DNA of 64,000 nt from Octopus sinensis (Eukaryota), in the NCBI RefSeq assembly GCF_006345805.1, contig NC_043026.1, positions 5,208,001 to 5,272,000 of the forward strand, given 5' to 3'. Numbering within the stretch: position 1 is the first letter of the stretch; each line of letters opens with the position of its first letter. Below, piece by piece: positions 48,852-63,076 of this stretch. The translations under genes and the position numbers were made by a program. The notes under the pieces were generated by a model that saw only the letters and a program-made list of their open reading frames with translations, searched no databases and was not told where the DNA came from.

Positions 48852-50618
48852 CATCTTGTTTTTTTATCATCTTTTAAACGTTAGGAATATCTTACAGATT
48901 TCATCGTTCTGGATATTGTGCTAGAATTAAAGCAGTTCCTTCGTTCCCCAATACCCCCAGTTCAGCTATATTTCACTCCTAATTGATTGGTACTTATGCT
49001 ATTGCTCAAATAACAGAAGGGAGAAATTTATCCTGGGTACGGGATTTGCAAACACCTTATCAATCGTTGATAGACGTTTGCATTCTCTTGTACTTTTGTA
49101 GCCATATTGGTCACCATAAGACTGTTGATTTCTATAACAGAACAGGTCGTTTCTTTTTGCTTGATTATAATATGTGTGCATGTATGTATGTTTGTATGTA
49201 CTTACATATAAGAGTCGCAAGTGTATGTATGCCACTATATTTTTTTATATATAAAAAATACAAAAATGGGACTAGAACCCTAAACTGCAGACAGTTAGGT
49301 GATATAAAAAAGGGACAACAAAACATCCAGATGAAACGGGAATAAGGACAGGTCAATTGGAGTGTCTTTCCTCAGTTGAATTCCAGGTTATCTTTGCAAT
49401 TTTGGCTGGTTATACTCCAGATTGCTCCAATCTGGCCAGCCCCAAGGAAAAGCTAAGCTAAGAGCATTAGATTCCTTGGAAGAAAGCAGTGAATGTATAC
49501 AAAAACAAGGACAGAAAAAAATGGAGAAATGGTACAGAAATACAAATAACAAGACATTAACAAGAGGTGTCTTTTGACTAAGGACAAATTAAATTAAGCT
49601 GGCATGTGTGGAAGTAAAGCCTTACGGCAGGGTCATAAGATTTGACAGGCACAGGGAGGAATATAGATGTTGCACGGATGGTAGTCGAACCAAGAAAGAA
49701 AGAGGAGTGAAGGTGAGCATGGAGAGAAGGCCAGGAAATGTGAGAGAGGGGGAATGAAAGAACGAAGAGTGGAATGAACGAAGTAAGTGTGAAGGGGCTG
49801 AGAGAAAGAAGGAAAGAATAATAGAGTCATACAAAATTTAGATATATATATATATACATACCTACATACAAGAGACCAAAGTATACGTACACCGCTTTAT
49901 TTTATTTTTTTTATATAAAAAATACAAAACTGGGACAAGAACGCAAAACATCCAGAAAGGTGATACAAGAAGGGGACAATAAAACATCCAGACAGACGAA
50001 ACAAGGATGGGTCATTGGGAGTTTTCTTTCCTCAGTTGAGTTCCAGATTATCTTTGCAATTTCGGCTGGTTATACTCCAGATTGTTCCAGACATTTGTAG
50101 TTGTGATGTAAATGCTGAGATGTTTGAAAAGAACCCATCCTCGCTGCTTTCTTGCTTTGTTTGTTTCCTTCCTGCTTTTGCTTCTCACATTCTCACCCTC
50201 TCTTCTTCTCTCTCACTCCCTCCATTTTTTGCACAGATCTTCGCCATCCTGCTAAATTCCTCATCACCTACAGGGGCATGAATTTCAGTTCCATCGAATG
50301 CTTTCCATTTTCTCAACAGACAAAGGCAGGAACAGCTGAAACTATTTCTTGTAAATATTTACCATCAATATTTCAGACATTTTTTAAAAGACTTGAATGT
50401 ATGCCAGCAGTTGTTTTATGTGTGTGTGTGTGTGTGTTCTTTTACTGGGGGAAAGAGAGAGAGAGAGAAAGAAAAAAGAAAGAAATGAGACAAAGGAAGA
50501 GAGACAGAGAGGGAGAAAGAAAGAGGGAAATAGACAGATAGAGAAGAAAGAAAATCATAGTGATGGTGCCTGATTTTGTTTTCAGTTTTTGGAACTAACA
50601 GAGAAATAGAATCTCTCT

Positions 50619-50753
<135 letters not shown>

Positions 50754-50754
50754 G

Positions 50755-50842
<88 letters not shown>

Positions 50843-50933
50843 ATGTATGTATATATATATAGATATATATAATATATAGATATATATATATATATGGAGA
50901 GAAAATATTTTCCTGAGACAGTTAAGATAAGAC

Positions 50934-50970
<37 letters not shown>

Positions 50971-51084
50971 TACATATACGTATATACACAACAGACGAAC
51001 TTCATTCCACCAAATGACCATAAACCAGACATTATAAATCTCATGGCTATAAGTACAAAAAGTAATGAATTCATAGAACACATC

Positions 51085-51336
51085 CAATTATGTCAGACAC
51101 GCTTGGAGGACTTCCTTGGGATTTCTTGCCCCTTAGAGTTAGTGGGCGACTGGAATGCCATCTTGGATGCACGTGTGGATTGGGTGGGACTACCGGACAT
51201 GAAAGTTGGGGTATGTAAGCTTCACAAACCTGCTCATTCATTTCCAATTGGCTGACAGTTTCAGACTGGATTTTCCGAATGCCTCAAGGTGGACGTGGGC
51301 AAATATTGTTGGGACATCCAGATCTTATCTAGACAA
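51085..51336 (+). pseudogene. Tx1-type endonuclease fragment
   Basis: RLEDFLG...LVGDWNAILD...FQLADSFRLDFPN...SRSYLD; duplicated at about 60490-60738. Confidence 0.8.
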
Positions 51337-52359
51337 TCTGTTCCCCCACCTCCTGCATAAAAATTCCTCCCTCCCACAACACATCCCAAGTCCTTCCTTC
51401 CTTCCACCCTTAATCATCACCCCCTGCATGCTCCTCTCCCTCCCCCATCACATACACTCACTCTCAATGTCCTCACTGGCCCCCTGAGCTGCCCCTATAT
51501 CTCTCACTGTCACCTGCTACTCTCTCCACATCTCCATCCACCTCCCTTCACACCCTCATGAATCACCCCCACCCCTTGATCTCCTCTGTCCACTTACCCT
51601 GTCCAATCCTTTGTACGGCCCTCATTTCATTCATATTCTCCCCCACTGTACCTTAAGAATTTGTCCCATCACACATCTCCCTTGCCATTTATTTCTCTCT
51701 CTTTCAAACGGGGATAGCCAAGTATCTCCTACAGGAAGACCCCTATCTCTACCCTGATCCCTATTATACATTCACCTCTCAACTGGCACAAACCCACCTC
51801 CCTCAATACTACTCCTCCTTTCCCATTGAGACATCTTCGTTTTGCAAGTTACTTGGTGGTGCCATGTGAAAAGCACTCTGTGAAGTGGTCGGCATAAGAA
51901 GGGTATCCAGCCATAGAAACCAATGCAATGTGGCCAACACAGCTTGGTGCAGTCCTCTGGCAAACAGTCCAACCCCGTAGTAGAACAGAAAGTGGACTTT
52001 TCATACATACACACACACACACATACACATTCATTCATACAGACACACAGACAGACAGAAAGCTAGATCACACGACCAACAAGACCATCCGATGTTGCTA
52101 CACATCGCTAGGCACAATTCACTTTGCATTGTTTTAGCCATCGAACGACCCCAACCCTCGGGCTAGGCAAGGAGGCCGTCGCTCTCCATGCCACTGTTGT
52201 TATCCAATGGGAAAGCAACATGAAATAAAGTGTCTTGCCCAAGAACACAACACAGAGCCCTGTCTGGGAATCGAACTCACTATCCCAGGATTGTGGAACC
52301 AATGCTCTAACAACTAAGCCATGCACCTGCACACACACAAACACATACACACACAAATG

Positions 52360-53560
52360 GAGGGGTTGGACAAAATAATGGAAACACCTTAAAATTTCAA
52401 ACAAATCTATTTTAATATGGGGAAGAACCGCCTTTGGCAATAATTACAGCTTAAATTCTATGAGGTATGGACTCGTACAAAGTTTGAAGTGTTTCCAAAG
52501 GAATTTTTGTTCATTCTCCAGCTAAAACAGTCTCCAGTTCTTGTAGTGATGATGGTGGAGGATATTGACACCTTGTTTTTCTAAAATGAACCATAAATGT
52601 AAAATAATATTGAGATCTACGGACTGTGGTGGCCAGATAAGATGTTCAACTTGACTAGTATGTTCCTCGTGCCATTCGGTAACAACTTCAGCTGTGTGAA
52701 TTGGTGCATTATCATCCTGAAAGATTGCATTTCCCTCCAGAAACAGTTCTGCAACCATAGGATGAATTTGATCAGATAAACTGCTTAAATAATCTTGACA
52801 ATTAATTCTACCATTAAGGGAAACCATTGGGCTGGCGGATTTCCAAGATATAGCCCCCACCAGATCATCACAGATCCTCTTCCATATTTAACAGTTAGAA
52901 GAAGGCAGTCTGGGTCAAATGCTTCTTTTGGCTCTCTCCACACATATACTTGGCCAGTGGTCGTAAATAAGGTAAAGGATGACTCTTCCGAAAAAATAAC
53001 ATGCTTCCATTGATCTAGGGACGAATTCTGTAGGTTTTTACTTCACTCTAAATGCTTTGCAACGTTTGTTTTTGAAAGTAGTGGTTTTCTGATTGCAGCC
53101 TTCCCATTAAATCCAGCTTTGTGCAGCTCCTGGCAAACAGTTCTTGTGGAAACTGGGTTCCCGAGGTGGTCATTAAGCTCCTCAGTAATTTTGGGAGCTG
53201 TATATTTTGTGATCCTTTCTCATAATTCATGCACCTGAAGTTCCCTGGAAGTTTTTCCCTCTTTCTCAAAGGCTGTCATTACTTTCGAGACACTGCTTCA
53301 TGATACACCACACATTGTGGCTGTTTTCATTATGCTAGCGCCTGTCATATAAGCACCAACAATTTGACCTCTTTGAAAGTCCAATCAATCTGTCATTTTA
53401 ATTACCTTTTTCTGATGATATCTGAAAAGAAAGAGCAATTTTAGCAAATCATATTAAGCAACACTCATAGTAAATCAAAAAACATAAAAATAAACAAGCT
53501 TTTGACAGTTTTATAGATATTTCAAAATTATGATGCTAGGTGTTTCCATTATCCAAACCA
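52360..53560 (-). mobile_element. Degenerate Tc1-like transposon, copy 2
   Basis: As copy 1; retains WPPQSVDLNI. Confidence 0.9.
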
Positions 53561-53574
53561 TATATATATATATG

Positions 53575-53682
<108 letters not shown>

Positions 53683-53719
53683 ACTAAAATAATTTAAAAT
53701 TGAATAGAAGATCTGAAAT

Positions 53720-53765
53720 CCACCTGATGAATGTCCTTTGAAGAGACACGAAACAATTGTAGTCG
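53720..53765 (+). ncRNA. Type I minimal hammerhead ribozyme (weak stem I)
   Basis: ccac-CTGATGA-a tgtc ctttgaaga gaca c-GAA-ACAATTGT-A-gtcg, inside a ~185-bp insert (53683-53868) in (TA)n. Confidence 0.75.
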
Positions 53766-55463
53766 CGAATTTAATTTTATTTAATTTATATTAAATTTTT
53801 TTATGTATTGGATTAAGTCTTTCTTTGTTTGATTTGCAAAATAGTGGTTTTGTCTCTAATTAATATTATATATATATATAAATGTGTGTGTGCGTATACA
53901 AGAGAGTGTGCCTACGGTGGAGCCAACAGAGGGACCAGCTATTCGAATAGACAGTACCATGGTAGATAAAGCCATGAGACATATGAAAATGAAGGAAGCC
54001 CCTGGCCCCTCAAGAATCACCACGGAAATGCTTAAAGTATCTGGTGGTATGGCATATGGTAGCAGGGAAAGCAGCCGTTAAATGATGATGATGATGATGA
54101 TAATGCACACACACACATAATTATACATACATGTCTATGCAGAGAGGTATATATAGCCGACTGGAGAGGGTTTCTCACAAACATTTCCTGTAAGGAGAAT
54201 TCCCTTCCTGAAAGAATTTATACAGCAAAGGTCTTTCCATGTCTGAGTACAGGAACCTATGAAATATAATATATCTTTAAACGTAACTCTATAAATTTCA
54301 ATCAACGCTGTTTAATCAGCATCAAGTTAACGAATTCCTGTAAGACTTTGCATCTGTCAGAAAATGTTTTCCGTTCGGTTGAAATAAATGTCTTGACATC
54401 ACTCAGGTGCAATGAAGTATGCACACGGATTCAACATCCTTCGCAAAAACACTTCTATGTCTTTCATAGCCCTGTTATACACAAACACACACACACACAC
54501 ACATCTTTTATCTCTTACTTGCTTGACTCGTTTGACTGTGGCCATGCTGGGGCACAGCCTTGAAGAATTTTTAGTCAAAGAAATCAACCACCACAATTTA
54601 TTTTTTAAAGCCTACTCCTTATTCTATCAGCCTCTTTAGGTTTCGTGTTTCCCTTAAATGATGATCCCTTCGAAAACCCTCATCAAATTAGAATATTTTA
54701 TTTTCAATTTGCTTTAGGTTTTGTGTGTTCTTCCTAAAACTTTTATTTGGTCAGCCAATATATATATATATATATATATATATAGATATAGGTAGATAGA
54801 TAGATAGACAGAGAGACAGGAAGAAAGATAGATTCATACATATGTTCATACATACATACATTCATACATATGTACATAGACACAAACGTGTATATATATA
54901 TATGTATATATATATATGTATATTTATATATATGTATGTATGTATATAAGTGTATATAATTGAGATTCCTTTGAATTAGGTACTTCAGTTGATGCACAAG
55001 TCAGTGTGGTATTATCCATGCAGGATTTGAGTAAAATTATATTAATGTGTCTGATTGATTGAAAATTCTATTTATTTATTTGTTCAGCTGAGGATAGCCC
55101 TGCATTGAAACTGATGTAACGATTGCATTGTGAAATGGAGCCACTTGAAACGGTCATACTGCAGCACCTCTTGATATTCTGTTGCTTATTTTGATCTGAT
55201 ATATATAAATATATATCTATATATATATATATATAATTAATCAATATAGGGTGGCAAAAAAAAATTTTGTAGAATTTTTTTGCCACCAGCGGCCTAGTGG
55301 GAAAAAATTAAATAGTCATAGACCATTTTTAAGTTCAACATCAACAATCAAGGAACGGCCATAATAGGCCATTCACCCACTAGAAATAACAGCCAAAGCT
55401 TCAACCGCAAATAAAAATTAATTCCGTAAACCAGGAGAAAATTTAAAAAACATTTACCCTGTA

Positions 55464-55570
55464 ATTTCTTATACGATGCACCGTTTCATCTGCTGTTTAA
55501 TGGTAAACTAACCTGATTAAATTAAATCAAGCCAATCTTCCATAGGCCCTCAGATTCTTCAGTAAGAAAT
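55464..55570 (-). ncRNA. Type I hammerhead ribozyme, monomer 1 (fully canonical)
   Basis: Minus strand: atttctta-CTGAAGA-atctg...cagat-GAA-ACG gtgcat CGT-A-taagaaat. Stem I 8 bp, stem II at least 5 bp, GUA site. Confidence 0.93.
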
Positions 55571-55956
55571 AGCCCAAGTCGGAACAGATATTTTCACGAG
55601 GCATTTCCGACCCTGCCAAGGTAATATCTGACCTAAAATTTTCAAATCGTCGCACTCGCACCAAATTTATCGGCAGCAAATAAATATAAGCCGTCGATTC
55701 CATTACGGAATTAACCAGAAAATTCATAATTAATCAATATAGGGTGGCAAAAAAAAATTTTGTAGAATTTTTTTGCCACCAGCGGCCTAGTGGGAAAAAA
55801 TTAAATAGTCATAGACCATTTTTAAGTTCAACATCAACAATCAAGGAACGGCCATAATAGGCCATTCACCCACTAGAAATAACAGCCAAAGCTTCAACCG
55901 CAAATAAAAATTAATTCCGTAAACCAGGAGAAAATTAAAAAAACATTTACCCTGTA

Positions 55957-56063
55957 ATTTCTTATACGATGCACTGTTTCATCTGCTGTTTAATGGTAAA
56001 CTAACCTGATTAAATTAAATCAAGCCAATCTTCCATAGGCCCTCAGATTCTTCAGTAAGAAAT
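55957..56063 (-). ncRNA. Type I hammerhead ribozyme, monomer 2
   Basis: As monomer 1 except stem III reads acagtgcatcgt (third pair mismatched). Confidence 0.9.
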
Positions 56064-56351
56064 AGCCCAAGTCGGAACAGATATTTTCACGAGGCATTTC
56101 CGACCCTGCCAAGGTAATATCTGACCTAAAATTTTCAAATCGTCGCACTCGCGCCAAATTTATCGGCAGCAAATAAATATAAGCCGTCGATTCCATTACG
56201 GAATTAACCAGAAAATTCATAATTAATCAATATAGGGTGGCAAAAAAAACAGATGAAACGGTGCATCGTATAAGAAATTACAGGGTAAATGTTTTTTTAA
56301 TTTTCTCCTGGTTTTAATTTTCTCCTATTATGGCCGTTCCTTGATTGTTGA

Positions 56352-56390
<39 letters not shown>

Positions 56391-57274
56391 GTGTGTGTGT
56401 GTGTGTATGTATATATACACACATACACATACAGTTTATTTTGTGTATAATGCTTGCTGGTGAATTAGAGAGAGAAGGTAATGCACTGCCCATAGCCTAT
56501 TCAGTACCTCAAAACCTGTGAAATAGAGAATTTCATGAGAAGAATAGTAATGGTGGTATATTAGGGGTACTTAATATGTTTCGACCCTTAGTGAGATGCT
56601 GTGTAATGTTACTCCGAACAGTATGCCACGGCTGGAATGTCTTGGATTTTAGACTTGAGGGATCAAGTCTGAGTTGAGACTAAACAATACGTCCCTGCCC
56701 CAGCAACAGACACCACCATCATCATCAATACTATAATCCCCTTATGCATTCCTACCCTGACCACCTCTACGATTTATTCAAATGCTTTGTTTGGATCCTT
56801 TATGGAATCTGTGGAATGCCGAAGTGAGGAAGGTGTGTCTGGGACTTATTTATTACCCCTGAAATAATGAAAGGTAAATTTGATTTGAGCTGCATTTGAT
56901 CTCAAAACACAGAACCGTAACAATTCCTGCAAAAATGCCAATTGGTTACCATGGTAACCAGATAGTAAAAGTGGCTAAGCCTCCATTCAAATCACTCCTT
57001 ACTTTCATATCAGAGAATGGCTATTGTAGATAATGTAATTTCAGCATAAACCAAAAGACAGGGTCGTCATGGCTAGAATGTCTTTAATCAAATGTTTTCT
57101 TGATCTAATATGACCTGGGAGGTAAGCAATAACAACTAGAATACCATGGAAACCCAAACATGAAACTGGTAGAGTATGGTGTCAGCTTGATGCAGTAGTA
57201 GTATATATGTGGCTGGCATCCAGTGATTTGATCAACAGAGATGAGATGACAGCAACTATGACAACATCAACAAT

Positions 57275-57317
<43 letters not shown>

Positions 57318-57784
57318 CCAGCAGCAAGATAACAATCAGCTTTGTTAAAATATGAGTCACCAGAAAATAAATGGAAAAACCTGAAGTAAACTGATACTAT
57401 CAAATGATACGACGACACCTGACAAGTAAACAATCCCATGGGTTAAACAATATTGTCAAATGATGCCAGCTCACTGTAGAGGCCAGTCACGCTGTCCATT
57501 GATGTTATTCAAGATAATATTGGCTTACACACTCTGCTCTCATATTCAGTCTGAAACAATGAATTTCTTACCTGTTTCTTTATTTTGGGTTTGTTGCAAA
57601 TATTTCAAGAAATTTTATCCTCATTTGAAATATCAGACAGAACGTTGTATAAGTAAATTTAAAGCTGGTGGTGTGGTGTGTGTACTTACATGTACACACA
57701 CATATATATAAACATGCATATACATAGACATACGCACACACACACACACGTATATATGATATATACATATATATACAGACAATA

Positions 57785-57816
<32 letters not shown>

Positions 57817-57876
57817 CTCACATTTAACAACTGACAACTATCTGCTGCTGTCTTTATCCCCCTCTCACCCTCACAA

Positions 57877-57915
<39 letters not shown>

Positions 57916-58109
57916 CACTCAGTATCTCTCTATCACTTCTTTTCTCTCTGTCGCACTCTTTCAATTGCAATCACTCTTTTCCTCTATCTCTCTCCGTCTG
58001 TTCGCACACCACATTGACAGGTGTTCACGTATACCTATGTACATAAAGATATATATATATACAAGTATATATATATGTATGTATGTATATATGCATATAT
58101 CTATGTATG

Positions 58110-58167
<58 letters not shown>

Positions 58168-58179
58168 GTATATATTTGT

Positions 58180-58580
58180 ATGATGTGTTTCGGTTATTAG
58201 ACTGTGGCCATGCTGGAGCACCGCCTTTAGTAGGGCAAATCGACCCCGGGACTTATTCTTTGTAAGCCTAGTACTTATTCTATCAGTCTCTTTTGCCGAA
58301 CCGCTAGGTTATGGGCATCTAAACACACCAGCATTAGTATTCAAACGATGTTGGGGGGACAAATACAGACACACAGACATAAACACTCACACACACACAC
58401 ACGCACACACACATATATATACACACATACATATTGACGACAGTTTCCATCTAGCAAATCCACTCACAAGGCTTTGGTCAGCCCGAGGTTATTGTAGAAC
58501 ACACTTGCCCAAGGTGCCACGCAGTGTGACCTAACCCAGAACCATATGGTTCGTAAGCAAGCTACTTACCACACAGCCAC
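58180..58580 (-). mobile_element. CORE-like SINE
   Basis: Paralogue of 48375-48805. Confidence 0.85.
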
Positions 58581-58587
58581 ATGTATG

Positions 58588-58624
<37 letters not shown>

Positions 58625-61600
58625 TCTTGTTTTTTTATCATCTTTTCAATGTTAGGATATCTTACAGATTTCATCGTTCTGGATATTGTGCTAGAATTAA
58701 AGCATTTCCTTCGTTCCCCAATACCCACTGTTCAGCTATATTTCACTCCTAATTTGTTGGTACTTATGCTATTGCTCAAATAACAGAAGGGAGAAATTTA
58801 ACCTGGGTACGGGATTTGCAAACACCTTATCATTCGTTGATAGACGTTTGCATTCTCTTGTACTTCTGTAGCCATATTGGTCACCATAAGACTGTTGATT
58901 TCTATAACAGAACAGGTCGTTTCTTTTTGCTTGATTATAATATGTGTGCATGTATGTATGTTTGTATGTACTTACATATAAGAGTCGCAAGTGTATGTAT
59001 GCCACTATATTTTTTTATATATAAAAAATACAAAAATGGGACTAGAACCCTAATCATCCAGACAGGTGATACGAAAAAGGGACAACAAAACATCCAGATG
59101 AAACGGAAACGAGGACAGGTCACTCGGAGTGTCTTTCCTCAGTTGAATTCCAGGTTATCTTTGCAATTTTGGCTGGTTATACTCCAGATTACTCCAATCT
59201 GGCCAGCCCCAAGGAAAAGCTAAGCTAAGAGCATTAGATTCCTTGGAAAAAAGCAAATGTATACAAAAACAAGGACAGAAAAAAATGGAGAAATGGTACA
59301 GAAATACAAATAACAAGACATTAACAAGAGGTGTCTTTCGACTAAGGACGAATTAAATTAAGCTGGCATGTGTGGAAGTAAAGCCTTACGGCAGGGTCAT
59401 AAGATTTGACAGGCACAGGGAGGAATATAGATGTTGCACGGATGGTAGTCGAACCAAGAAAGAAAGAGGAGTGAAGGTGAGCATGAAGAGAAGGCCAGGA
59501 AATGTGAGAGAGGGGAAATGAAAGAACGAAGAGTGGAATGAACGAAGTAAGTGTGAAGGGGCTGAGAGAAAGAAGGAAAGAATAATAGAGTCATACAAAA
59601 TTTATATATATATATATATACATACTACATACAAGAGACCAAAGTATACGTACACCGCTTTATTTTATTTTTTTATATAAAAAATACAAAACTGGGACAA
59701 GAACGCAAAACATCCAGAAAGGTGATACAAGAAGGGAACAACAAAACAGGCAGACGACGAAACAAGGACGGGTCATTGGGAGTTTTCTTTCCTCAGTTGA
59801 GTTCCAGATTATCTTTGCAATCTCCAGATTGTTCCAGACATTTGTAGTTGTGATGTAAATGCTGAGATGTTTGAAAAGAACCCATCCTCGCTGCTTTCTT
59901 GCTTTGTTTCCTTCCTGCTTTTGCTTCTCACATTCTCACCCTCTCTTCTTCTCTTTCACTCCCTCAATATTTTGCACAGATCTTCGCCATCACCTACAGG
60001 GGCATGAATTTCAGTTCCATCGAATGCTTTCCATTTCTCAACAGACAAAGGCAGGAACAGCTGAAACTATTCTTGTAAATATTTACCATCAATATTTCAG
60101 ACATTTTTTAAAAGACTTGAATGTATGCCAGCAGTTGTTTTATGTGTGTGTGTGTGTGTGTTCTTTTACTGGGGAGAAGAGAGAGAGAGAGAAAGAAAAA
60201 GAAAGAAATGAGACAAAGGAAAGAGAGACAGAGAGGGAAGAAAGAAAGAGGGAAATAGACAGATAGAGAAGAAAGAAAATCATAGTGATGGTGCCTGGTT
60301 TTGTTTTCAGTTTTTGGAAATAACAGAGAAATAGAATCTCTCTTACATATATATATATATATATATATATACATACATATACGTATATACACAACAGACG
60401 AACTTCATTCCACCAAATGACCATAAACCAGACATTATAAATCTCATGGCTATAAGTACAAAAAGTAATGAATTCATAGAACACATCCAATTATGTCAGA
60501 CACGCTTGGAGGACTTCCTTGGGATTTCTTGCCCCTTAGAATTAGTGGGCGACTGGAATGCCATCTTGGATGCACGTGTGGATTGGGTGGGACTACCGGA
60601 CATGAAAGTTGGGGTATGTAAGCTTCACAAACCTGCTCATTCATTTCCAATTGGCTGACAGTTTCAGACTGGATTTTCCGAATGCCTTAAGGTGGACGTG
60701 AGCAAATATTGTTGGGACATCCAGATCTTATCTAGACAATCTGTTCCCCACCTCCTGCATAAAAATCTCCCTCCCACAACACATCCCAAGTCCTTCCTTC
60801 CTTCCACCCTTAATCATCACCCCTGCATGCTCTCTCCCTCCCCATCACATACACTCACTCTCAATGTCCTCACTGGCCCCTGAGCTGCCCCTATATCTCT
60901 CACTGTCACCTGCTACTCTCTCCACATCTCCATCCACCTCCCTCACACCTCATGAATCACCCCCACCCCTTGATCTCCTCTGTCCACTTACCCTGTCCAA
61001 TCCTTTGTACGGCCCTCATTTCATTCATATTCTCCCCCACTGTACCTTAAGAATTTGTCCCATCACACATCTCCCTTGCCATTTATTTCTCTCTCTTTCA
61101 AACGGGGATAGCCAAGTATCTCCTACAGGAAGACCCCTATCTCTACCCTGATCCCTATTATACATTCACCTCTCAACTGGCACAAACCCACCTCCCTCAA
61201 TACTACTCCTCCTTTCCCATTGAGACATCTTCGTTTTGCAAGTTACTTGGTGGTGCCATGTGAAAAGCACTCTGTGAAGTGGTCGGCATTAGGAAGGGTG
61301 TCCAGCCATAGAAACCAATGCAATGTGGCCAACACAATGTGGACTTTTCATACATACACACACACACACATACACATTCATTCATACAGACACACAGACA
61401 GACAGAAAGCTAGATCACACGACCAACAAGACCATCCGATGTTGCTACACATCGCTAGGCACAATTCACTTTGCATTGTTTTAGCCATCGAACGACCCCA
61501 GCCCTCGGGCTAGGCAAGGAGGCCATCGCTCTCCATGCCACTGTTGTTATCCAATGGGAAAGCAACATGAAATAAAGTGTCTTGCCCAAGAACACAACAC

Positions 61601-61705
61601 AGAGCCCTGTCTGGGAATCGAACTCACTATCCCAGGATTGTGGAACCAATGCTCTAACAACTAAGCCATGCACCTGCACACACACAAACACATACACACA
61701 CAAAT

Positions 61706-62906
61706 GAAGGGGTTGGACAAAATAATGGAAACACCTTAAAATTTCAAACAAATCTATTTTAATATGGGGAAGAACCGCCTTTGGCAATAATTACAGCTTA
61801 AATTCTATGAGTTATGGACTCGTACAAAGTTTGAAGTGTTTCCAAAGGAATTTTTGTTCATTCTCCAGCTAAAACAGTCTCCAGTTCTTGTAGTGATGAT
61901 GGTGGAGGATATTGACACCTTGTTTTTCTAAAATGAACCATAACTGTAAAATAATATTGAGATCTACGGACTGTGGTGGCCAGATAAGATGTTCAACTTG
62001 ACTAGTATGTTCCTAATGCCATTCGGTAACAACTTCAGCTGTGTGAATTGGTGCATTATCATCCTGAAAGATTGCATTTCCCTCCAGAAACAGTTCTGCA
62101 ACCATAGGATGAATTTGATCAGATAAAATGCTTAAATAATCTTGACAATTAATTCTACCATTAAGGGAAACCATTGGGCTGGCGGATCTCCAAGATATAG
62201 CCCCCACCAGATCATCACAGATCCTCTTCCATATTTAACAGTTAGAAGAAGACGGTCTGGGTCAAATGCTTGTTTTGGCTCTCTCCACACATATACTTGG
62301 CCAGTGGTCGTAAATAAGGTAAAGGATGACTCTTCCGAAAAAATAACATGCTTCCATTGATCTAGGGACGAATTCTGTAGGTTTTTACTTCACTCTAAAT
62401 GCTTTGCAACGTTTGTTTTTGAAAGTAGTGGTTTTCTGATTGCAGCCTTCCCATTAAATCCAGCTTTGTGCAGCTCCTGGCAAACAGTTTTTGTGGAAAC
62501 TGGGTTCTCGAGGAGGTCATTAAGCTCTGCAGTAATTTTGGGAGCTGTATATTTTGTGATCCTTTCTCATAATTCATGCACCTGAAGCTCCCTGGAAGTT
62601 TTTCCCTCTTTCTCAAAGGCTGTCATTACTTTCTAGACACTACTTCATGATACACCACACATTGTGGCTGTTTCCATTATGCTAGCGCCTGTCATATAAG
62701 CACCAACAATTTGACCTCTTTGAAAGTCCAATCAATCTGTCATTTTAATTACCTTTTTCTGATGATATCTGAAAAGAAAGAGCAATTTTAGCAAATCATA
62801 TTAAGCAACACTCATAGTAAATCAAAAAACATAAAAATAAACAAGCTTTTGACAGTTTTATAGATATTTCAAAATTATGATGCTAGGTGTTTCCATTATC
62901 CAAACC
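61706..62906 (-). mobile_element. Degenerate Tc1-like transposon, copy 3
   Basis: As copies 1 and 2. Confidence 0.9.
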
Positions 62907-62919
62907 ATATATATATATG

Positions 62920-62953
<34 letters not shown>

Positions 62954-63030
62954 ATATATATAATATATAATATATTATATATGTATATATTAACTTAAAA
63001 TAATTTAAAATTGAATAGAAGATCTGAAAT

Positions 63031-63076
63031 CCACCTGATGAATGTCCTTTGAAGACACACGAAACAATTGTAGTGG
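63031..63076 (+). ncRNA. Type I minimal hammerhead ribozyme (paralogue of 53720-53765)
   Basis: ccac-CTGATGA-atgtcctttgaagacacac-GAA-ACAATTGT-A-gtgg; stem I ccac/gtgg intact. Confidence 0.78.

Larger units (their letters stand above)
55234..56352 (-). mobile_element. Retrozyme-like/Penelope-like tandem array: two 493-bp hammerhead monomers, a partial third and an inverted cap
   Basis: taattaatcaatatagggtggc at 55234, 55727 and 56220; 56250-56352 is inverted monomer sequence; (TA)n on both sides; absent from unit 1 (45509-45560). Confidence 0.9.

Noticed and set aside
49025-49150. Open minus-strand frames (KETTCSVIEINSLMVTNMAT..., also 58800-58930) as an exon
   Set aside because: Two frames are open, no motif is recognised, and the putative donor is absent in unit 1.
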